The position numbers and the translations under genes were made by a program. A model generated the notes under the pieces. The model was not told the DNA's origin. It worked only from the letters and a program-made list of their open reading frames with translations, and made no database searches. From positions 10,302 to 73,128 of the forward strand of contig CAYYEF010000001.1 of assembly GCA_964470825.1 (NCBI GenBank): a DNA stretch of 62,827 nt, in the 5' to 3' direction. Positions 53,102 through 60,442 of this stretch are shown here, one piece after another. The first letter of the stretch is position 1. Each line of letters begins with the position of its first letter. This DNA is from an uncultured Candidatus Saccharibacteria bacterium. GTDB lineage: Bacteria; Patescibacteriota; Minisyncoccia; Phycocordibacterales; JAACPR01.

Positions 53102-53548
53102 ATGTATTTAAACAAAGTATTATTAATCGGGAATTTAACCCGAGATCCAGAGTTAAAAGCTCTGCCGTCAGGAATCAAGGTTACTTCATTTAGTCTTGCT
53201 ACAAATCGTGTCTGGAGAGACAAGGATGGTAAGACTCAAGAGGCTACTGAATATCACAATGTTGTGGTTTTTGGACGCCAAGCTGAAACTAGTGGACAGT
53301 ATTTAAAAAAAGGACAATCCGCTCTAATTGAGGGTCGTTTACAGACTCGAAGTTGGGATCAAGATGGGACTAAAAAATACCGGACAGAAATCATTGCCGA
53401 TAAAGTTCAATTTGGACCAAAGGCTGGTGGTGGAAGTGCTCCATCAACTTTCAATAATAAAGATGAAGGAACAGATAAATTACCTGATGAGAATGTGGCA
53501 ATCGATTATCCAGAAGATGAAATTAACCCAGACGACATTCCATTCTAA
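53102..53548 (+). CDS. ssb: single-stranded DNA-binding protein
   Basis: OB fold MYLNKVLLIGNLTRDPELK...TEYHNVVVFGRQAE..., Gly-rich linker and the acidic tip DDIPF. Confidence 0.9.
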   Translation: MYLNKVLLIGNLTRDPELKALPSGIKVTSFSLATNRVWRDKDGKTQEATEYHNVVVFGRQAETSGQYLKKGQSALIEGRLQTRSWDQDGTKKYRTEIIADKVQFGPKAGGGSAPSTFNNKDEGTDKLPDENVAIDYPEDEINPDDIPF

Positions 53549-53583
53549 ACTAAATTCTAAATTATTAACTTTAAAATCAATTC

Positions 53584-53790
53584 ATGAAAGAGAAAGATTG
53601 TTTTTTCAAGAAAAATGATATTACTCACATCGATTACAAAGATGTCTCAGTATTGAAAAAATTCTTGAATCCAAACGGGCGAATCCTAGGTTCAAAGAGA
53701 ACAGGGGTTTGTGCAAAAAACCAAAGATTATTATCTGCCGCTATTAAACAAGCAAGATTCATGGGACTACTTCCATATATCAATAGATAA
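53584..53790 (+). CDS. rpsR: 30S ribosomal protein S18
   Basis: ITHIDYKDVSVLKKFLNPNGRILGSKRTGVCAKNQRLLSAAIKQARFMGLLPY. Confidence 0.9.
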   Translation: MKEKDCFFKKNDITHIDYKDVSVLKKFLNPNGRILGSKRTGVCAKNQRLLSAAIKQARFMGLLPYINR

Positions 53791-53803
53791 TAAAACTAAT
53801 TTA

Positions 53804-53831
53804 AAAAACTGCCTTAACAGGGCAGTTTTTT
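53804..53831 (+). terminator. rho-independent terminator after rpsR
   Basis: Stem AACTGCC/GGCAGTT with loop TTAACAG, then TTTTTT. Confidence 0.75.
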
Positions 53832-53862
53832 GTTTATTAAAAAGTGATATAATTTTTAAGAA

Positions 53863-54396
53863 ATGAGCACTTTTTCTATTTTATCTCCCAAATTAGATAC
53901 TGAAATTCTCCCGCCTTATCACTGGACAGAAGAAGATTGGTGTACCATTCAATCAATTTGTGAACCTTCAGAAATATATAAAATTCTGATAAGAGTTTCT
54001 AAGAAATTAAAGCATCATTATTCTCCGGTTGGTTTCGTTATTGGTCCTGTTATGACCGGTGGTTTTGACTCCGAAAAAAATATGCAAGTTTTTGATGCTG
54101 CTATTCAAATTGTTCGAATGAAAGGTGTTGCTGTTCTTAATCAGTTATACACCATACCAGCCCTTGTAAGGTACACAGAACAGTTTCAATCTGTTTATGG
54201 GTGTAATAAATATCCTGATAATATTATGTCAGAACTTTTCTTGCCACTTATCTCAAATGCAAAATTCGAAAGAATATTTGCTATAGAAGGGTGGGAGAGT
54301 TCGATTGGTGCTTCAATGGAGTATGAGTTATGTATTCAATTAGGTTTTTCTCCTGAGATTGTACCAATCAACCAAATTCTCAGTTATATCAGATAA
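53863..54396 (+). CDS. DUF4406-like protein (nucleoside 2-deoxyribosyltransferase-like fold)
   Basis: 177 aa. VGFVIGPVMTGGFDSEKNMQVFDAAIQIVRMKGVAVLNQ and GWESSIGASMEYELCIQLG resemble the DUF4406 pattern (recollection). TGATATAAT (53845-53853) lies 9 nt before the ATG. Confidence 0.45.
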   Translation: MSTFSILSPKLDTEILPPYHWTEEDWCTIQSICEPSEIYKILIRVSKKLKHHYSPVGFVIGPVMTGGFDSEKNMQVFDAAIQIVRMKGVAVLNQLYTIPALVRYTEQFQSVYGCNKYPDNIMSELFLPLISNAKFERIFAIEGWESSIGASMEYELCIQLGFSPEIVPINQILSYIR

Positions 54397-54398
54397 AC

Positions 54399-54432
54399 AA
54401 AAACAGCCTCAAGAAATTCAAGGCTGTTTTTA
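54399..54432. terminator. bidirectional terminator between the 53863 gene and convergent efp
   Basis: Stem AACAGCC/GGCTGTT with loop TCAAGAAATTCAA, flanked by A and T runs. Confidence 0.7.
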
Positions 54433-54447
54433 TTTTGATATTATTGA

Positions 54448-55038
54448 TTATTTACCAACTCTTTCTACATATTCTCCGGTCTCGGTATTCACGCGTACAA
54501 TTTCACCTTCAGTTATGAATATCGGAGCATTAATAACAGCACCTGTTTCAAGGGTGATTTGTTTATTTGCAGCATTAGCAGTGTTTCCTCGTACTGCTGG
54601 AGGTGCCTCGGTTACTTTCAACTCAACTTTTATCGGTAAACTTACCCCAATAATTTTTTCATCAAAGACTAGAGCGCTAACCTCTGAATTAGTTTTCATG
54701 AATTTTTCTGCACTACCAATTGTGTCACTAGTCAAAATAAATCTATTGGCAGGGTTATTAATATCACAGAACCAAAATTCAGTAATATTAGCTTGTCTGT
54801 TATCTTTTTTAAAAAGATATTTTATGTTTTTTTTGCTTAATTCTGCTTCTTCAGCCGTATCATTAACGTGAAAGGTTTCTTGTCTAATGCTTCCGTTAAT
54901 TAAATTTCTTAATTTGGTTTGGTTAACAGGTTTTCTTTGTTGTTTTCTAAAAACATGAGAATCCAAGACCTCATAAGGATCTCCGTCTAAAATAATATAG
55001 CGGCGTTCTTTGATTTCATTATAACTTAACATAGACAA
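54448..55038 (-). CDS. efp: elongation factor P
   Basis: 196 aa. YIILDGDPYEVLDSHVF...TKLRNLINGS and three OB/KOW-like domains, typical of EF-P. Confidence 0.9.
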   Translation of the reverse strand: MSMLSYNEIKERRYIILDGDPYEVLDSHVFRKQQRKPVNQTKLRNLINGSIRQETFHVNDTAEEAELSKKNIKYLFKKDNRQANITEFWFCDINNPANRFILTSDTIGSAEKFMKTNSEVSALVFDEKIIGVSLPIKVELKVTEAPPAVRGNTANAANKQITLETGAVINAPIFITEGEIVRVNTETGEYVERVGK

Positions 55039-55079
55039 ACAGCTTAGCTTAAAATTAGAAAAAATTCAACGGAAGGTAA

Positions 55080-56126
55080 TTACATTTGTTCTTTCATCTT
55101 TACTCTTATTTGTTTCAAGATTTCATTTGTGACTTTTTCATTTTCTTTTAGAAAAGTTCTGGTTGCGTCGTAGCCACGTCCCATTTTTACATCGCCATAC
55201 GCATAACTACTACCAGATTTACTGATGATTCCATATTTTTCTCCCAGAGCAATAATTTCACCTTCTTTTGAGATTCCTTCGTTATACATCAGATCAAATT
55301 CAGTAACCTTGAATGGGGCAGCAACTTTATTTTTTACAACTTTAACGCGAACACGTCCTCCCATAATTTCTTCTCCTTTTTTAATTTGAGCAATACGACG
55401 AATATCAAGACGTACAGATGTGTAGAATTTCAATGCTTTTCCTCCTGGAGTAGTTTCAGGATTACCAAACATAACACCAATCTGCATTCTGATTTGATTT
55501 ATAAAGATAACAATAGTTCCGCTACGAGCTACAATAGCAGTTAGTTTTCGTAAAGCTTGAGACATTAGGCGAGCTTGTTTTCCGACATGATGAGCGCCCA
55601 TTTCACCCTCGATTTCGTCTTTAGGTGTTAGAGCGGCGACAGAATCAACAACAATAACATCAATTTTTCCAGAACGTACCAATGATTCTGTTATCTCTAA
55701 AGATTGTTCTCCTGTATCAGGTTGTGAAATTAATAATTCATCAATTTTTACACCAATTTTTTTAGCATACTCTGGATCCATTGCATGTTCAGCATCAATA
55801 AAAGCACAGATACCGTCTTTTTTCTGAGCCTCTGCAATAACATGAAGGGCTAGGGTAGTCTTACCAGAAGATTCTGGTCCAAAAACTTCAATAATTCTTC
55901 CGCGAGGTAAACCACCGATTCCAAGAGCTTCATCAAGACCAATAGAACCAGTAGAGATAGAATCTACGTTTACTTTGGCTGTTTCACCAAGCTTCATAAT
56001 TGATTCATTTCCAAACTTGGTTTTAATTTCATTCAAGGTTGATTCGAGAGCAGATTGTTTGCTGGATTTGGACTCATTGTTTAATTTCATTCCGTCGCTA
56101 TTCTTTTTTGTTTTTTCTTTTGCCAT
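55080..56126 (-). CDS. recA: recombinase RecA
   Basis: [38 protein letters not shown] and [22 protein letters not shown]. Confidence 0.97.
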   Translation of the reverse strand: MAKEKTKKNSDGMKLNNESKSSKQSALESTLNEIKTKFGNESIMKLGETAKVNVDSISTGSIGLDEALGIGGLPRGRIIEVFGPESSGKTTLALHVIAEAQKKDGICAFIDAEHAMDPEYAKKIGVKIDELLISQPDTGEQSLEITESLVRSGKIDVIVVDSVAALTPKDEIEGEMGAHHVGKQARLMSQALRKLTAIVARSGTIVIFINQIRMQIGVMFGNPETTPGGKALKFYTSVRLDIRRIAQIKKGEEIMGGRVRVKVVKNKVAAPFKVTEFDLMYNEGISKEGEIIALGEKYGIISKSGSSYAYGDVKMGRGYDATRTFLKENEKVTNEILKQIRVKMKEQM

Positions 56127-56176
56127 AAGTTAATTATTATAAGTATTGATAAATTTCTAATAAAAAATTATTAAAA

Positions 56177-56641
56177 TCATTCTGAATTTTCTTCAGTGGT
56201 GCTAGCTTTTGAATCCAAGGTACTTGTGCCAGAATCAGTTGAGGTTGAAAGACTGTCTCCTATATTAACAACATCTTGATGAGTAACAGATTGTCCCGTA
56301 AATATAATTTCAATATTTTTGGAAATATTTCTTTCAAACTTATCCTTAGCCTTAACTATAATTATATTATAGCCAGGGGATAGGAGCAAAAATTCTTTAA
56401 AATTACCGTCACTATCAATAAAAATAGGTCTATCATTTAAGCTAATAAAATTTACGTTTGTTGCTTTTCCAATTACCTCTATTAATTCTTTATCGGCTGT
56501 CTGACCGTTTTGCGGAGAGGTTATGATTATATCTGGACCGGCAATGAATATTCTAAAATTAAAGATAAAATAACCAACAATAAAGATGGAAAATGCTATT
56601 ATTGATACAGCTTTTAGGTAATCTGAGCCACTTTTCCTCAT
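56177..56641 (-). CDS. membrane-anchored protein with an Ig-like ectodomain and S/T-rich tail
   Basis: 154 aa with an N-terminal TM (AVSIIAFSIFIVGYFIFNF). 2 nt separate its start from the ftsK stop. No family recognised. Confidence 0.55.
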   Translation of the reverse strand: MRKSGSDYLKAVSIIAFSIFIVGYFIFNFRIFIAGPDIIITSPQNGQTADKELIEVIGKATNVNFISLNDRPIFIDSDGNFKEFLLLSPGYNIIIVKAKDKFERNISKNIEIIFTGQSVTHQDVVNIGDSLSTSTDSGTSTLDSKASTTEENSE

Positions 56642-56643
56642 AT

Positions 56644-58857
56644 TTATTCTTGGTTATCTTCTTTATGAGAATTGTCAGGACCAACTAATATTTCTCTAGG
56701 TTTTGCACCATCTGCAGGACCAATAACCCCTCGTTCTTCTAATATATCCATTAATCTTGCTGCTCTAGAATAGCCAATACGTAGTTTTCTTTGTAGATAA
56801 GATGTCGAAGCTTTTCCAGCACTTACAACAACCTCTTTGGCTTCTTCATACAAATCGTCATCTCCATCTTCGTCATCTCCAAAACTATCTCCGCCTCTAC
56901 CACTATCATTTTTTAAAGAATCAAAGATATCGACCTTATTTGTTTGCCCCTCTAAATTAATGTTTTCAGGCAATTCGTCCCTGTAATTATTCGTTAGCCA
57001 ATCAACAACTTTTTTAATCTCTTCTTCTGATAGGAAGGCAGATTGGATACGACGAGGTTGAGACATTTCTCCAGATAAGAACAACATATCTCCAGCACCT
57101 AGCAATTTTTCAGCACCGGGCATATCCAAAATGGTTCTAGAGTCAATTTGTGAAGCCACTTGTAAGGCGATTCTGGCAGGAATGTTCGCTTTGATTAGAC
57201 CTGTAATAACATTTACAGAAGGACGTTGAGTAGAGATTATTAAGTGAATACCAACAGCTCGACTCATTTGAGCCAGACGAACAATACCAGCCTCTAGTTC
57301 TCGAGGGTAAGTCTGCATAATATCAGCCAACTCATCGATAATAATAACGATGAAAGGCATTGTTTCTGGTAATTCAGCCCCATCATTTTTCTTGGCTTTT
57401 TCTAAAGCAGGTTGCAAAACATTTTTATGATAAGAACCAATATCTCGAACTCCTTTTGATTCCAATACATCATATCGTCGACTCATTTCATTTGCTGCCC
57501 ATTTCAAAGATAGAATTGTTTTCTTTGGATCTGTAATAACAGGAGTTAGTAAGTGGGGGATTTTGTTATACATAGTTAATTCCACACGCTTCGGATCAAC
57601 CATAATAAATTTCAGCATCTCAGGAGAGTTTCTGAAAAGCAGAGAATTAATCAAAGTATGAATTGTTACAGACTTTCCAGAACCAGTGGTACCAGCAATC
57701 AAAAGGTGAGGCATTTTTGCTAAGTCCGCATAGAAAGATTGTCCTGAAACTCCTTTACCTAGCCCCATTAATAATTCTTTTGGAGAGTTAGCAAATTCAG
57801 GCTGACCAAATAATGTTCCAAGACCAACTTTTGTTTTTGTAGAGTTTGGAATTTCAATACCTACTAATGATTTACCTGGAATAGGAGCTTCGACTCGAAG
57901 AGGGTGGGCAGCCAAGGCTAGAGACAAATCGTTTTGAAGAGCAACTATTCTTGATAGTTTTACACCTTCTGCAGGTTTTAAGGCATAGCGAGTGACGGAA
58001 GGTCCAATAGAAATTTCATCCATTTCTACTTGAATACCAAAATTAGAAAGAGTTCTTTTGATTACGTTTGCGTTTGCTTTGATATCTCCTACACCAGGTT
58101 TACCAGCATCTTTTTCAAAAAGGGAAAGAGGGGGTGCTTTGTAAGGGGCCAAGCTATCTGATTTTTGAGAAAGGAAAATTAATCCGGTTTGTTTTGCTGG
58201 AGGTTCTTCTGTTGGTTTTGGAGTTGGTGTGGTTGATTTAACTTCCACTTCTTCCTCGTCATCTTTATTGTTGTTAGGAGAAACTTGAATTGAATTTTTA
58301 TCAATTTTAATTTCAGCTTCAACAAAACCATTGTCCTCTTCATTTTCCTCTCTTTTCTTAAATAAGTTTGCAATAAAAGAGACTTTTAATGATGTATCAA
58401 AAATAACTAAAATAGAAATTATGATAAGACCAACTAATAATATTAAAGTAACCCAAAAATCAAAAAGACTAACTAATGGTTTTGAGATTAATCGACCTAT
58501 GATACCACCGTTATGGAAAAGCAAATCTATAAGTCCGATTGCAGATAGGGTAAAGATAGATGCTCCAGTAATTTTAGGCCACGCTAAATTGTGACTGAGT
58601 GATTTAATAAAAGATATACCTAGTGTGATTAAGATGACAGGTAATATGTAATATCCAATCCCAAATAATAAAGTTAAGAATTCAAAAATTTTGTCTCCAA
58701 CTATACCCGCTTTGTTGAAAGGTGCGAGCAATAAGAATATTGAGACTATTATAAAAATAATGGCACTAATACCTTCTAGAGTTTCTTTTTTAAAAGCTTT
58801 AACAATATTGTCTGTTGACTCCTCTCTTCTAATATCTTCTTTTTTTCTTCTACCCAT
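56644..58857 (-). CDS. ftsK: DNA translocase FtsK/SpoIIIE
   Basis: Four N-terminal TM helices, an acidic/Pro linker, the motor domain with Walker A GTTGSGKS and IIIDELADIM, and a C-terminal winged-helix gamma domain (YLQRKLRIGYSRAARLMD). Confidence 0.92.
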   Translation of the reverse strand: MGRRKKEDIRREESTDNIVKAFKKETLEGISAIIFIIVSIFLLLAPFNKAGIVGDKIFEFLTLLFGIGYYILPVILITLGISFIKSLSHNLAWPKITGASIFTLSAIGLIDLLFHNGGIIGRLISKPLVSLFDFWVTLILLVGLIIISILVIFDTSLKVSFIANLFKKREENEEDNGFVEAEIKIDKNSIQVSPNNNKDDEEEVEVKSTTPTPKPTEEPPAKQTGLIFLSQKSDSLAPYKAPPLSLFEKDAGKPGVGDIKANANVIKRTLSNFGIQVEMDEISIGPSVTRYALKPAEGVKLSRIVALQNDLSLALAAHPLRVEAPIPGKSLVGIEIPNSTKTKVGLGTLFGQPEFANSPKELLMGLGKGVSGQSFYADLAKMPHLLIAGTTGSGKSVTIHTLINSLLFRNSPEMLKFIMVDPKRVELTMYNKIPHLLTPVITDPKKTILSLKWAANEMSRRYDVLESKGVRDIGSYHKNVLQPALEKAKKNDGAELPETMPFIVIIIDELADIMQTYPRELEAGIVRLAQMSRAVGIHLIISTQRPSVNVITGLIKANIPARIALQVASQIDSRTILDMPGAEKLLGAGDMLFLSGEMSQPRRIQSAFLSEEEIKKVVDWLTNNYRDELPENINLEGQTNKVDIFDSLKNDSGRGGDSFGDDEDGDDDLYEEAKEVVVSAGKASTSYLQRKLRIGYSRAARLMDILEERGVIGPADGAKPREILVGPDNSHKEDNQE

Positions 58858-59072
58858 TTGTATAAATTATAGCATGCACTTTTATAAAATAACTGTTTAT
58901 AAATAAGCACTTTCTTTAAAAGACGCTTAAAAACAAAATGTTTTAAAATGGCTCCTATATTTAGTATTTGACTTTTAAACTGTCCGTTATAAACTACCGG
59001 TGAATGTCCTAAAAGTCTTTTGATAAAAGACATCTATTATAAGCGCGTAAGAATTATAAAAGACAAAAAATT

Positions 59073-59870
59073 ATGGAAAATAATAAAAAGACATTGGAAC
59101 AATACAATGGAAAAGGTTCAGTAATAAAGGCTTTCATTAAAGACGGTGATTTGTCCTTTATAATTAAAAAGACAGAAAAAATAGCCACTGCTATATACTT
59201 GATCTCTAACTTTTTGAATGTTGAAGAACCATTGAAATGGGAGCTTAGAAAAATAGTTACAAAGCTTCTAAAAAATTTAATGTCTCTAAATGACACTTCT
59301 TTGTCTAATAAGGAAATGGTCATATCTAGAATCCAAAATGATTTTGTGGAATTAGAAGTCGTTTTTAATCTGACTTATAATTCTGGATTCATTTCAGATA
59401 TGAACTATCAAATTGTCATAGAAGAGATAAACAACCTATCTGTTCTGATCAATAACTATACAGATAGACAAATTTCTACTTCAAAGACTATTTTCAATAC
59501 TGACTATTTTAATGTTAAAAAAGAAAAGGAAAATAAAGAATCATCTTTAAAGGACATTATAAAGGACACTGTAAATCCTATAAAGGACAGAGTTATTTTT
59601 AAAGGAAATAAGACTGATTTAGATAGTTTCTTTAAAGATACTATTAAAGACAACAGACAGACAGTATCTAATAATGAAAACTCTCAATCTGAGAGAGGTG
59701 AAAAGATTATCCAAAAAATTAAAACTCACGGTCCTTTAACAATAAAAGAGATCTCTGAAGAATTTAAAGATTTAAGTGAAAAAACCATCCAAAGAGAGCT
59801 TCAAAAAATGTACGAAAAAGGTCAAATTAAGAAAGAGGGAGAGAGAAGGTGGACAAAATATTTTATTTAG
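59073..59870 (+). CDS. hypothetical regulator-like protein with a C-terminal winged-helix DNA-binding domain
   Basis: 265 aa. Helical N-terminal domain, a K/D-rich linker with repeated KD(T/I)(I/V)K motifs, and C-terminal LTIKEISEEFKDLSEKTIQRELQKMYEKGQIKKEGERRWTKY (wHTH-like). Confidence 0.55.
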   Translation: MENNKKTLEQYNGKGSVIKAFIKDGDLSFIIKKTEKIATAIYLISNFLNVEEPLKWELRKIVTKLLKNLMSLNDTSLSNKEMVISRIQNDFVELEVVFNLTYNSGFISDMNYQIVIEEINNLSVLINNYTDRQISTSKTIFNTDYFNVKKEKENKESSLKDIIKDTVNPIKDRVIFKGNKTDLDSFFKDTIKDNRQTVSNNENSQSERGEKIIQKIKTHGPLTIKEISEEFKDLSEKTIQRELQKMYEKGQIKKEGERRWTKYFI

Positions 59871-59897
59871 AAATTAAATTAAAAATACACCTATATA

Positions 59898-59926
59898 TTG
59901 ATAAAAAGCTGAAAATTTGCTATACT
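59898..59926 (+). promoter_or_regulatory. sigma70-like promoter (TTGATA, 17-nt spacer, TATACT)
   Basis: TTGATA at 59898-59903 and TATACT at 59921-59926, about 515 nt upstream of the next start codon. Confidence 0.55.
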
Positions 59927-59932
59927 AGTCCC

Positions 59933-60442
59933 GATAACTCTATTACAGGGGTTATCCACATTAGGGGCTTCAACCAATTAAGGTAAAGGTCTATAATGTT
60001 GATAACGGTTGGACGGGAGTAATTGTTGCACTGCGCGGTCATTGACAATCAAATAAAAAATGTCACTTGATTGCTTTGGTAATTTAAGAAAGAAATTCTA
60101 ATTCCTTTACGGTTAGTAAAAGATAGAAAAACTAATTCTAAAAAGCCGAGCTCTCAATATACATAATGTCGAGTCTGTAATTATTTCACTAAAAATAATT
60201 ACAGTTTATGTGTTTGAGAAATTGGTGATTGATTATCACATCCCGCGCCGATACGCGGTATCCCCGAATTTCAGAAATGTCTGAATGATTGGTTAGGTGT
60301 CGGACTAACTGGCTACTTCCGTGAGAAGAAGTGGTCTGCAAAGAAAATTATTATTAAACGTTTATTAGTAAGAAACATAAATTGATCCAAAATTTTTTAA
60401 AAGTTAACGGATCATTTTATTAATCAAAAAAAATTATAAAAC
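59933..60442 (+). ncRNA. long structured 5' leader and/or independent ncRNA upstream of the surface-protein gene
   Basis: About 510 nt with no ORF. Helices: TCCCG/CGGGA (59929-60018) enclosing GATAAC/GTTATC and CAACC/GGTTG; CAATCAA/TTGATTG (60046-60073); an 11-bp hairpin at 60175-60204; and a GC-richer block at 60240-60340 with four short hairpins. Confidence 0.45.
60175..60216 (+). terminator. terminator-like hairpin inside the leader (possible attenuator or 3' end of an sRNA)
   Basis: Perfect 11-bp stem CTGTAATTATT/AATAATTACAG with loop TCACTAAA, followed by TTTATGTGTTT. Confidence 0.4.

Noticed and set aside
58776-59323. ORFs 58776-59033 (minus) and 59054-59323 (minus) around the ftsK promoter region.
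   Set aside because: The first overlaps the ftsK N-terminus out of frame. The second is antisense to the better-supported 59073-59870 gene. No supporting signals.
60240-60340. c-di-AMP (ydaO-yuaA) riboswitch upstream of a peptidoglycan-binding protein gene. TATCCCCGAAT and GTCGGACTAACTGG vaguely resemble CCCGAATCC and CGACAGCTAAC.
   Set aside because: Only fragmentary similarity. The conserved ACGGGGGA/GGGGTGAATC elements and the pseudo-twofold architecture are not evident by eye. Kept as something to test with RF00379, not as a call.
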